A stretch of DNA of 64,000 nt, taken from a candidate division FCPU426 bacterium (GTDB lineage Bacteria > Oederibacteriota > Muellerivitia > Muellerivitales > Muellerivitaceae). The position numbers and the translations under genes were made by a program. Position 1 is the stretch's first letter, and each line of letters starts with the position of its first letter. Shown in pieces: positions 49,039-57,718 of the stretch. A model generated the notes under the pieces. It worked only from the letters and a program-made list of their open reading frames with translations, had not been told where the DNA came from and did not search any database. The stretch covers positions 32,001-96,000 of the forward strand of contig CAWKAR010000050.1 of the NCBI GenBank assembly GCA_963847625.1, in the 5' to 3' direction.

Positions 49039-49243
49039 ATACTGGGTTACTCGCCTTTTATACTGGGTTGCTGGCTTCCAATAAAGGGTTCGCGGCTTCC
49101 AGCACTGGGTTCGCGGTTTCCAGCACTGGGTTCGCGGCTTCCAGCACTGGGTTCGCGGCTTCCAGCACTGGGTTCGCGGTTTCCAGCACTGGGTTCGCGG
49201 CTTCCAGCACTGGGTTCGCGGCCTCCAGCACTGGGTTCGCGGC
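49039..49243. repeat. Tandem repeat, about 10 x 21 bp (TTCCAGCACTGGGTTCGCGGY), degenerate at left, interrupted by IS256 at right
   Basis: Seven near-perfect units; the repeat resumes (CACTGGGTCCGG) at 50613. Confidence 0.92.
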
Positions 49244-49249
49244 CCTGTG

Positions 49250-50604
49250 GGTAGTGTATTTTTGGGGGGTGTAAAAAGAAGCGGGCGTAACATGGTGTTT
49301 GTCTAGAACGCCATATCCTTTTTGTGAAAGGAAGTTACGCCCATGAAGAATATACACCTAGCCTTACAGGCCTTGGCAAGAGAGAAAACTCAAGCCTGGG
49401 TGAAATCTGTGGTTGGAAGCCGTGAGGTCGGCGAATGGGTAGGAGAAGCCCTGAATCAACAACTTTCGGAGGCTTTCAACGCCCAGTTGAGGAAAGAACG
49501 GGATGAAGCGTTGAATCGCCAGCCATATGAAAGGCAGGAAGGAAGCCGGTATCGCAATGGGTTCAAGCGGATCCTAGTTGCTGGATTTCTGGGACCTTTG
49601 GTGCTGAAAAAGCCAGTTTTGAGGAAAGGCGGATTTGTTTCGGAAACTCTGACGGCATTGAGAGCTGGAAGCCAAGCCTTGGTGGGATTTCTGGGAATGA
49701 AGTTCTGGCTAAAGGGGGCTTCCACCCGGTCGGTGGCGGCAGGGCTAAACGAGGCCTTTGGAACTAAGCTGACAGCCAATCACGTTAGCCAGATGACCAA
49801 TGCCTTAAAACCTACCCTGGAAGCCTGGGCTAAACGGCTATTACCCACCGGGATTCAATACTTGTACTTGGATGCCCTTTACCTGACGGTCAGGCGACAG
49901 GAAGCCGGTGTGAAACAAGCTTTGCTGGTGGCCATCGGGGTGGATGGGAACCTGAAGAGGCATTTTCTGGGGTACATGGTGGGAGACCGTGAAAGTGAGT
50001 CGGCCTGGGAAGCCATGTTGGAAGACTTGTTGAACAGAGGCTTAGACAGAAAAAGCTTACGAATGGTGGTATCCGACGCCCACGGTGGAATTGTCGCGGC
50101 GGTGAAAAATCGTCTTGGAATCCCCCATCAATTATGCTTGGTACACAAGATGGAAAACGTCCGGTGTCGAGTGGCCCAGAAGGACAGAAAGGCATTCATG
50201 GCTGATTTCAAAGCGGTGTATTGGGCCGAAAGTCGAGAGAACGCCTTGGTGGCACTAGGAAGTCTCAAGGCTAAGTGGGCCAAAACCTATCCCAAAGCAG
50301 TGGAGATGGCAGAGGAAAAATTCGACTCCTATACGCAGTTTTTCCAGGAAGACCGGAAGTTTTGGAAGATTACCCGCACCAGCAACCTAATCGAACGGCT
50401 TAACGAGGAGTTAAGGAAAAGGCTGAGGCCAGCGGGGATGATGCAGAACGAGCTGGAGATCGCCAAGTTGGTGTGGGGGGTAACCGAAACCCAACAACAA
50501 AATTGGAACAAGACTAAAGCCTACACCTCAAGAAGGGAGGCGGAGGTTCAAGCTGCTTGATTAAGACGCCCGTGGAAATTTACACCCAAAATATTGACGC
50601 AGGG
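49250..50604 (+). mobile_element. IS256-family insertion sequence
   Basis: Target duplication GCCCTGTG at 49242-49249 and 50605-50612 (9 bp if the preceding G is counted); imperfect 26-bp ends sharing GGGTGTAAA. Confidence 0.88.
49343..50560 (+). CDS. IS256 family transposase
   Basis: YRNG, GASTR, YLYLDA, VVSDAHGG, QLCLVH, TSNLIERLNEE DDE-type motifs. Confidence 0.95.
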   Translation: MKNIHLALQALAREKTQAWVKSVVGSREVGEWVGEALNQQLSEAFNAQLRKERDEALNRQPYERQEGSRYRNGFKRILVAGFLGPLVLKKPVLRKGGFVSETLTALRAGSQALVGFLGMKFWLKGASTRSVAAGLNEAFGTKLTANHVSQMTNALKPTLEAWAKRLLPTGIQYLYLDALYLTVRRQEAGVKQALLVAIGVDGNLKRHFLGYMVGDRESESAWEAMLEDLLNRGLDRKSLRMVVSDAHGGIVAAVKNRLGIPHQLCLVHKMENVRCRVAQKDRKAFMADFKAVYWAESRENALVALGSLKAKWAKTYPKAVEMAEEKFDSYTQFFQEDRKFWKITRTSNLIERLNEELRKRLRPAGMMQNELEIAKLVWGVTETQQQNWNKTKAYTSRREAEVQAA

Positions 50605-50701
50605 GCCCTGTGCACTGGGTCCGGGAGTCCTGCCCCAAAACGGGAACCTCGGCTTGAAACCTCGGACCAGAGGAAGAAGAAGGAAGATTCCAAATAAACG
50701 G

Positions 50702-51163
50702 TTAGAGGTCCTCGGGTTGGATAACCCAAAGCAGTGCGTTCTTTTCCCCGGTCCTTTCCAGGGCGACGACGCCGGCAGCGGGAAAATCAAAAGCCTCCGG
50801 ATGGTCCTGGAAATCCAAGAAGTGGGCCAACAGGGTTTTTATAAAAGGGAGGTGGCTGACCAGCATCAAGTCGCCTGAGAACTTGTAGATTTCCCGGAAG
50901 ATTTCCGTGTCGCTTCCCTCGGGGACCAGTCCTTTCTTCACAACCAGGGCCTCGGGGGGAAGTCCCAGCAATCCCTGGATGATCCCGGCGGTCTGGGCCG
51001 CCCTGGGCAGGGGGCTGTGCCAAATCGTGAGGGGGGTCATTTTTTTCTTCTTCAGGGATAACCCCACCTTGGCCACATTTTTCTCGCCTTTGGGGGTCAA
51101 GACCGAGGGTTTCCCCTCGCCGGGGGACGCGGCGTTTCCGTGGCGCATCAAATAGAGTTTCAT
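50702..51163 (-). CDS. sixA: Phosphohistidine phosphatase
   Basis: LYLMRHG, SPLPRAAQT, VSHLP. Confidence 0.85.
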   Translation of the reverse strand: MKLYLMRHGNAASPGEGKPSVLTPKGEKNVAKVGLSLKKKKMTPLTIWHSPLPRAAQTAGIIQGLLGLPPEALVVKKGLVPEGSDTEIFREIYKFSGDLMLVSHLPFIKTLLAHFLDFQDHPEAFDFPAAGVVALERTGEKNALLWVIQPEDL

Positions 51164-51690
51164 TTATTTACTTTCCTTCCCACGAACTCCTCCAGGTGCA
51201 CGAAATTGCGTAAATGGGGCATCCGGTCGATGTAGAAGTTCCCGTTCAAGTGGTCCACCTCGTGCTGGAGGACCCTGGCCTCGAATCCTTTCAGCGTCTT
51301 GCGCACTTTATTGCCTCCCAAAGTCAGGGCCTCGAAGGTGACACTGTAAGAACGGGGAACCAGGCCCCGATAGCCGGGAATGCTCAAACATCCTTCCCAG
51401 TCCTCCTGGGTCTTTTTTGAGTATTTTACGATGCGCGCGTTCAAGTAGACCTGGAGCGGGAAGTGGGGCTGGCCCGGATAGCGTTTGTTGCCCCGGCACT
51501 CCATCACCAGGATCCGGCGGCCGTCCCCCACCTGGTTGGCGGCGAGCCCGACGCCCTGGGCCTGGCGCATGGTCACGGCCATTATCGCCGCGAAGGTTTT
51601 AACCTTGGCTGAAACCGCCTCGCGGGGTGATACATCCCGGGATCTTTTCCGCAAGACGGGCCGCCCGATTTTAACGATGATTTGCCGCAT
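51160..51690 (-). CDS. def: Peptide deformylase
   Basis: GVGLAANQ, EGCLS, HEVDHLNG; start uncertain (51690 or further upstream). Confidence 0.95.
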   Translation of the reverse strand: MRQIIVKIGRPVLRKRSRDVSPREAVSAKVKTFAAIMAVTMRQAQGVGLAANQVGDGRRILVMECRGNKRYPGQPHFPLQVYLNARIVKYSKKTQEDWEGCLSIPGYRGLVPRSYSVTFEALTLGGNKVRKTLKGFEARVLQHEVDHLNGNFYIDRMPHLRNFVHLEEFVGRKVNK

Positions 51691-52019
51691 AAAAAAAGTT
51701 TCCTTATGCTTTATCTTTTTCCGAGCCCTTACACCCATCACCTTCTTAATTTACCACGACGGGAGAGAAGTCCGAATTCCAGCTTCATTTTATTTCATTT
51801 TCCTAAAAAGACCTAAAAGGGATGGGGCTTTTGACGATGGGAACCAATGGCAAGGGATGAAGTGAAGGATGAAATAAGACCCGATTTTCATCCGAAAGTC
51901 CTAAAATATATTGTAAGGGTTTGGTAATTTTATCGGATTTTTAAATGCTGAATGGAATAAAGACCTTTTTTAACACGCTATTAAATAAAGGAACCCTGCA
52001 GCCAAAGGGATAAGTTGAT

Positions 52020-53348
52020 ATGAAAACCCGGGTTATTTTGTTTTTTCAATTTTTAGCGGCATTTATTGCCATGAGTTTAGCCGCTCAAGGTTGGGCCCAA
52101 AACATCATCGAGACGGATCTCGGGACACAACCACCCTCGATATTGGTCCAAAATCTCATGGGCGGCGGAATAGCCTTCAGCAACGTGATCTACCAGGGTA
52201 CGGTGGAGTCGGCCGGCACCTTCACCGGGGGGAACGGCATCATCGGGTTTGATTCGGGAATCATCCTCAGTACAGGACTTGCCGCCAGCGTCGTGGGCCC
52301 CAACGATCCGGGCGAGTGGTCCAACGATAACGGGGTGGCCGGTGACCCGGATTTAACAGCCCTTGCGGGTGGTGTTGACACCTATGACGCGACGGTCCTT
52401 TCCTTTGATTTTGTCCCGACTTACAACACGATTTCCTTTCAATACGTATTCGCCTCGGAAGAATATAACGCGTTCGTGGACTCGAGTTACAACGATGTTT
52501 TCGGTTTTTTCCTCAACGGGACCAACGTGGCCCTCATCCCCGGCACCACCACGATCGTGTCGGTCAACAATGTCAACGACTGCGTCAATTCCTCCTATTA
52601 CATCGACAACGTCGGGAGTTCGCAGAACGGCGGATGCGCATTAAACGTCGCCTCGGCGAACCTGAACACCGCCATGAACGGGTTAACCACGGTAATAACC
52701 GTGAACGCGCCCGTGAATCCGGGCGTGAACAATCATATCAAACTGGCCATCGCGGATGTGGCAGACGCATATTTGGACTCGAATGTCTTCATCCGCTCCA
52801 ACAGTTTCGCCAGCGTCCTCACAAACACGCCAACGGCCACACCAACGGCAACCACCTCTCCCGCCCCGTCACCGACCCCGACCGATACACCCACGTTTAC
52901 TTTTACGCCAACCGATACACCCACGTTTACTATTACGCCAACCGATACACCGACTTTCACTTCGACTCTTTCTTTTACCCCCACAGATTCTTTCACGCCG
53001 ACGGCTTCTTTCACGCCGACAGCTTCTTTTACGCCCACTTCTTCTTTCACTCCAACAGTTACGCCCACGCCCACTTGCGAAGTCCTTGTTTGGCCCGATC
53101 CCTATAACCCGGGCCGCGCGGTGGGAGGGGTGTTCAAGGTCAGTTGCATGCCCCCAGGCGCGGTCGTGAGCATCTATACGCTCTCGGGCGAATACGTGAA
53201 CCAGGCCGGGGAGTTGCGCGGAATGGTTGTTTGGGATGGCCGGAGCCAGTACGGTTCATACGTGTCATCCGGTGTCTATTATTATGTAGCCCAGCAAGGC
53301 GGAAAAACCCTCAAGAAGGGCAAGTTCCTGGTGACGAACGGTTATTGA
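52020..53348 (+). CDS. Secreted choice-of-anchor L-like domain protein with Pro/Thr linker and C-terminal FlgD-Ig-like domain
   Basis: Signal peptide; [32 protein letters not shown] repeats; PDPYNP...IYTLSG...WDGR...SGVYYY. Confidence 0.75.
   Translation: MKTRVILFFQFLAAFIAMSLAAQGWAQNIIETDLGTQPPSILVQNLMGGGIAFSNVIYQGTVESAGTFTGGNGIIGFDSGIILSTGLAASVVGPNDPGEWSNDNGVAGDPDLTALAGGVDTYDATVLSFDFVPTYNTISFQYVFASEEYNAFVDSSYNDVFGFFLNGTNVALIPGTTTIVSVNNVNDCVNSSYYIDNVGSSQNGGCALNVASANLNTAMNGLTTVITVNAPVNPGVNNHIKLAIADVADAYLDSNVFIRSNSFASVLTNTPTATPTATTSPAPSPTPTDTPTFTFTPTDTPTFTITPTDTPTFTSTLSFTPTDSFTPTASFTPTASFTPTSSFTPTVTPTPTCEVLVWPDPYNPGRAVGGVFKVSCMPPGAVVSIYTLSGEYVNQAGELRGMVVWDGRSQYGSYVSSGVYYYVAQQGGKTLKKGKFLVTNGY
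52881..53070 (+). repeat. Coding tandem repeats (30-bp then 18-bp units) of the Pro/Thr linker
   Basis: ACCGATACACCCACGTTTAC units, then TTCTTTCACGCCGAC units. Confidence 0.8.
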
Positions 53349-53480
53349 ACGGATAAGCCCGATATTTTATATTTGCAAGCATTGTTGTCCAAATAAAACA
53401 AAATCCAATGAACAAAGATAAATAAAATCAGTAATTCTTTAGTCTAAAAGACGTTAAGCAAAACCTAGTTCTACGCCACA

Positions 53481-53554
53481 TGCCAATCTTCCATGAAGCT
53501 TATAAAGAGATTGGTATAGTACTGATCACATTATATTTTTATGGATGATCAGCA
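53481..53554 (+). mobile_element. Double-hairpin miniature element, copy 4
   Basis: TGCC...AGCA, 74 bp, flanked by CA/CA. Confidence 0.78.
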
Positions 53555-53569
53555 CAGATTCAGGGGATG

Positions 53570-53647
53570 TGCCGATTCACCCCCAAAGCAGTTAAGGAAA
53601 TCGGTACTATACCGAACTTTCATTGAAAGCTTTAATGAGGTTCGGCA
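53570..53647 (-). mobile_element. Double-hairpin miniature element, copy 5
   Basis: TGCC...GGCA, 78 bp, flanked by TG/TG. Confidence 0.75.
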
Positions 53648-53717
53648 TGAACTCGGATTGGCCAAAGAAAAAAGGCTTTAAATATTTATGTTTATTAAAT
53701 CCCATGAATCCCATGTA

Positions 53718-53791
53718 TGCCAGCCTTCTATAAAGCTTTTAATGGGGCTGGTATCATACCGATCTCATTATGTTTTTATGGATGATCGGCA
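53718..53791 (+). mobile_element. Double-hairpin miniature element, copy 6
   Basis: TGCC...GGCA, 74 bp, flanked by TA/TA. Confidence 0.78.
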
Positions 53792-53891
53792 TATCCGTGG
53801 CTAGGTGTATTTTGGACAGGTGTGATTCGTAAGAGCAAACCGGAAGATTAAGCCAGCCGTAAATACCGAATTTATTCCCCAAAGGATCAAC

Positions 53892-54356
53892 GTGAAGATT
53901 GAAATCAGGCCTTTTCGCCCTAAAGATGAAAAAGCGGTCATTGGCTTGTGGCGGGAATGCCGCCTAGTAGTGCCCGAGAACGACCCGGCGAAGGATATCC
54001 GGCGGAAAAAGAACGAACACCCTGAGCTATTCCTGGTCGCCCTGGCGGACGGCGAACTGGTGGGAAGCGTCATGGGCGGATACGATGGGCACCGGGGGGC
54101 CGTCAATTACCTGGCGGTGAAGCCGGCCATGCAGAGGCAGGGAATCGGCCGGAAGCTGATGGCCGAATTGGAAGCTAAATTGAATAAACTCGGTTGTGCC
54201 AAGATCAACCTTTTCGTGCGCGTGGGAAACGCCGGAGTCGGCGCCTTTTACGGGAAAATCGGGTTCGGGAAGAACAAGACCGCCATTGCCTATGAAAAAA
54301 GACTCATTAACGACGGTCTGAAAAATAAAAAAACCGGCCGGACGGCGGCCGTCTGA
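53892..54356 (+). CDS. GNAT acetyltransferase (YpeA-like)
   Basis: MGGYDGHRG, YLAV, QRQGIG, KINL motifs. Confidence 0.9.
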   Translation: MKIEIRPFRPKDEKAVIGLWRECRLVVPENDPAKDIRRKKNEHPELFLVALADGELVGSVMGGYDGHRGAVNYLAVKPAMQRQGIGRKLMAELEAKLNKLGCAKINLFVRVGNAGVGAFYGKIGFGKNKTAIAYEKRLINDGLKNKKTGRTAAV

Positions 54357-54393
54357 AATGATTTTTAGGACCTCCGCCCGGGCTGGGACCGTG

Positions 54394-54561
54394 CTATTTT
54401 TTTGGACCCGCAAAATACCAGATGATCAATCCGATTAAAGGCAACACCAGAACCACCAACACCCACAAAACCTTCGCTCCAACAGAAACCTTGCTCTTGA
54501 CTATATTGATTATGGCCCATATGTCGGCTATGAGAATCAAAATTCCAATGATACTTCTCAT
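54394..54561 (-). CDS. 55-aa PLDc_N-like two-TM membrane protein (not in the ORF track)
   Basis: Manual translation MRSIIGILILIADIWAIINIVKSKVSVGAKVLWVLVVLVLPLIGLIIWYFAGPKK; AAGGAG RBS. Confidence 0.85.
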   Translation of the reverse strand: MRSIIGILILIADIWAIINIVKSKVSVGAKVLWVLVVLVLPLIGLIIWYFAGPKK

Positions 54562-54888
54562 AAATTAAATCTCCTTGGTTCCTGAACGAATACCTAAAAA
54601 TCCGGCTGGCGTATCTTGCCGGGAGTTGCCTGTTCAGGGTTTATATTGCTGAAGCCGCCACCATCAGAAAGAGTTTATAGGCCGCGCGGGTTTGAATCAA
54701 TCGCCTAAATTGCCTTGCGGAAAAGGGTTTGGACATCAAAAACAGGAGACATTTTTGATGTATCCATTTTTCCGGATTTTAGGCAATTAAGGCTGGAACT
54801 TTAATGGGGAAAGGTTAGAAACTCGGGGAATTCAAGCCATCACTAGACGAACCTATTATTCCTTAATGAATAACGGTTCTCCGGTTCT

Positions 54889-55743
54889 TCATCCGAAATT
54901 TCCCGTTTGGTAATCCAGGAAGGCCTGCTTCAACTCGCCGGGGGTGTTCATGACGAAGGGGCCTCCCCGGGCGATGGGTTCCCCGATTTTTTGGGCCGCA
55001 GCGAACAAGAAGTGAGCTTTATCTCCGCTTGAAGCCATGAGATGAACCTCGTCTCCCTCGCCTAATACCCCCAAATACCCGGCTTTTACCGTAATTAATT
55101 TTTTATCCACCATCGTTTCGACTTGCCCCTCGATGACATAGACAAAGGCGTTTTGATTTATTGGAACCGGATGTTTGAATTCCGCGCCAGGATCCAATGT
55201 CACGTCAAAATAACTGAAGGGGATGCGGCTTCGGGCCGGGCTTTTCTTGCCGCCGTATTCTCCGGCAAGTATTTTCACTCGCACCCCGTCCCGCTGGACC
55301 ACCGGCAAAGCCTCCGAAGGGATGTCCTGGTAATAGGGATCGATCATTTTCAACTTGGCGGGCAGGTTCAGCCAAAGCTGGTAGCCCCAGGAAAGGCCGT
55401 CGGTTTGCTCGGGCATCTCGCTGTGGATGATCCCCTTGCCCGCGGTCATCCATTGGATGGCCCCGGTTTTCAAATGTCCCTCATGACCCCGGGAGTCCCG
55501 GTGGGTGAAGTTGCCGGCCATAAGGTAAGTCACTGTCTCGAAACCCCGGTGGGGGTGGTCGGGAAAGCCCGCCTGGTAATCCTCCGGGTCATCATTCTTG
55601 AACTCATCCAAGAGAAGAAAGGGATCCAAATGGTCCAGTTCCGGCGAAGCGATGATTCGCTTGAGCTTCACCCCGGCACCGTCGGAAGTGTCCCTTCCCC
55701 GGATGATTTTCACGATCGGTCGTAAGATTGCGGTCTGGTTCAT
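54889..55743 (-). CDS. Pirin family protein
   Basis: DPFLLLD, HPHRGFETVTY, WMTAGKGIIHSE, QLWLNLP, GPFVMN. Confidence 0.95.
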   Translation of the reverse strand: MNQTAILRPIVKIIRGRDTSDGAGVKLKRIIASPELDHLDPFLLLDEFKNDDPEDYQAGFPDHPHRGFETVTYLMAGNFTHRDSRGHEGHLKTGAIQWMTAGKGIIHSEMPEQTDGLSWGYQLWLNLPAKLKMIDPYYQDIPSEALPVVQRDGVRVKILAGEYGGKKSPARSRIPFSYFDVTLDPGAEFKHPVPINQNAFVYVIEGQVETMVDKKLITVKAGYLGVLGEGDEVHLMASSGDKAHFLFAAAQKIGEPIARGGPFVMNTPGELKQAFLDYQTGNFG

Positions 55744-55860
55744 GACAACCTCCCCTTTTCATTACCTTTATGAATTTTGGGGATGAAAAACCAGTAGTTA
55801 CTTCGGGGAGAGTGGGTAGATTAAAAGAGATACAGCCAACACATCTTAAAAAATAATCAC

Positions 55861-55984
55861 TAGCCACAGATGCATGGGATTAATGGGATCTATTTAAAAT
55901 TCAAAATTAAGAATTTAAAATTCATTCATGTGGTTTCCATGAATGTATTGGTTTATCTAAATGCATCCCCTGAATCCGTGGCTA
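55861..55984. repeat. Intact REP-like palindromic element with 9-nt periodic arms
   Basis: TAGCCACAGATGCATGGGATTAATGGGAT ... ATGCATCCCCTGAATCCGTGGCTA around an AT-rich spacer. Confidence 0.75.
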
Positions 55985-56007
55985 AGCCATTGCTTTATTT
56001 TGATGAT

Positions 56008-56865
56008 TTAACTTCTCGCCTGGACCAGCCAGACCAGCACCGACGCGGCAAGGCAGTAGAATCCAAAATAGTTCCAACGGCCCTTTTCCAGCCAACTGGA
56101 GAGCCATCCTAGCGCCAGGAGGCCCGCGGCGAAGCTCAGGCAGGTTCCCAGGAGGCTCGGAAGAAACAAGTGGCCCAGGTTTCCCGACGCGGCGCCCCAT
56201 GCCGACTGGGCTTTCCAAAAACGAAGAATCTCCTTGCCCAAGGCAAAGGGCGTGATGGCCAGGGCCAGGGCAAAACTGAATTCCTCGGCTTTCCTGCGGG
56301 TCAAGCCCAAGAGGAGCCCGGTGGAGATGGTCGCGCCGGAGCGGGAAAATCCACGGAAAGGAAGGCAAAGCCCCTGGGCCAGTCCGATCCAGGAGGACTC
56401 CGAGGGGCCCAGTTTTTTTTCTTCCTTTTTCCCGGCATCTTTCCGGGAGGAAACGAGAATGAGGATTCCCGCGGCGGCCAAGGCGATGGAAATGAGCCGG
56501 AGATTGCCGAAGAGCATCTCCACTTCCGCGTTAGGCGTCCCCCGGAGCGCCACCTTTTCGATCAATTTCATCAGGATAAAACCCGCCCCGAGCGTCACCA
56601 GGGTCGCCAATAAGACTTGTTTCAGGAACGCGATGGCCCTTTCGCGGGAGTCGAAGTAATTGTTTTTCCAGTCCTCCCAGAAATAAACCAAAACCGCGAG
56701 CATGGTTCCGGTGTGGAGCGCCACGAGAAAAAGGGTCATGGAGGGGTCGGTGGGGTCCAGCCCCAGCAGTTTTTCGGCCAGGATCACGTGGGCGGAACTG
56801 GAGACGGGGAGAAGCTCGGCCAGGCCCTGGACCACGGCCAAGAAGGCGATTTGAAAAAGGTTCAA
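56008..56865 (-). CDS. uppP: Undecaprenyl-diphosphate phosphatase
   Basis: QGLAELLPVSSSAH and GFSRSGATIS (BacA motifs). Confidence 0.93.
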   Translation of the reverse strand: MNLFQIAFLAVVQGLAELLPVSSSAHVILAEKLLGLDPTDPSMTLFLVALHTGTMLAVLVYFWEDWKNNYFDSRERAIAFLKQVLLATLVTLGAGFILMKLIEKVALRGTPNAEVEMLFGNLRLISIALAAAGILILVSSRKDAGKKEEKKLGPSESSWIGLAQGLCLPFRGFSRSGATISTGLLLGLTRRKAEEFSFALALAITPFALGKEILRFWKAQSAWGAASGNLGHLFLPSLLGTCLSFAAGLLALGWLSSWLEKGRWNYFGFYCLAASVLVWLVQARS

Positions 56866-57098
56866 GTGGGGTTCCTTTCCCGACCCGAGGGGTCGTCCCT
56901 TGACGGCGGATAAGATACCCTAAAGTTCCCGGGAACGCTTCAGGAAAGGTGGGCGATCGGAAAAATATTGTGCCGGGCTGGTCGCTCGTAGGCAATGGCT
57001 TGATGGAATGTCCCTTGACTCAGGCGAATTTCGGACTCAATACTTATACCAAAGGGTTGAAAAGAGATGATCTTGCCAACACATTCGGGAGGAAACCT

Positions 57099-57482
57099 AT
57101 GATGGGTCTTTTTCTTTTAATCGGCGTGGCGGCGGGCGTGGCGGCGGGTTTTTTCGGCGTGGGAGGAGGCATCCTCATCGTCCCGGCCCTGACTTTCCTG
57201 GCGGGTTTCACCCAGGAGAAGGCCACGGGGACCAGCCTGGCGGTGCTTCTACCGCCCGTGGGGCTGATGGCGGTGCTGGAGTATTACCGGCACGGCAACG
57301 TGGACTTGAAAGCGGGCCTGATCATCGCTTGCGGATTGGTGCTGGGAGCCTGGATGGGCGCGATGGGGGCCCACAAGATCGGGGAGGCGTGGTTGAAAAT
57401 GTACTTCGGATTGTTTTTAACCCTGATTGGGGTTTGGGTCATCGTATCGGCCCTCAAGGGATTGCCGGTCAAATCGTTGTGA
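57099..57482 (+). CDS. TauE/SafE (TSUP) family half-size membrane protein
   Basis: GFFGVGGGILIVPAL, ATGTSL, YYRHGNVD; GGAGG RBS. Confidence 0.88.
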   Translation: MMGLFLLIGVAAGVAAGFFGVGGGILIVPALTFLAGFTQEKATGTSLAVLLPPVGLMAVLEYYRHGNVDLKAGLIIACGLVLGAWMGAMGAHKIGEAWLKMYFGLFLTLIGVWVIVSALKGLPVKSL

Positions 57483-57513
57483 ACAACTATGATTCAACTA
57501 AATTATATTTAAT

Positions 57514-57666
57514 CTGTCATCGCGAGGAGCAGCCCCAATCGGGGTGGTTTGCGACGTGGCGACCCCAGTTCGCCGTATGATTTGGGTTTGTTTGTGAGCT
57601 TATTTATACTGAGGTTGCTTCCTCGTTATCGTCCGCCTATTCGGCGGCCACTCGTCGCAATGACAG
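57514..57666. repeat. Palindromic dispersed repeat of the GTCATYGCGAG...TCGCAATGAC type
   Basis: CTGTCATCGCGA...TCGCAATGACAG ends with internal GCGACGTGGCGAC / GTTGCTTC arms; between convergent genes. Confidence 0.7.
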
Positions 57667-57718
57667 TCAAACAAAGCTTAAAAATTTTTCATCAGCAAAA
57701 ATCAAAAAGAAAAGATTT

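Larger units (their letters stand above)
53475..53803. repeat. REP-like palindromic element interrupted by three miniature elements
   Basis: Removing the inserts restores the arms GCCACAGATTCAGGGGATGAACTCGGATT and AATCCCATGAATCCCATGTATCCGTGGCTA, which match the intact sibling at 55861-55984. Confidence 0.75.

Noticed and set aside
48552..49243. Possible CRISPR array
   Set aside because: Units are contiguous tandem repeats, or have only 10-12 nt variable gaps; there are no unique 30-40 nt spacers and no cas genes.
48706..49357. ORFs such as (RTQCWKP)n, (NPVLEAA)n and (ASSTGFA)n
   Set aside because: Several frames on both strands are open simply because the repeat period is a multiple of three, and two ORFs start inside IS256. 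Nothing favours one frame.
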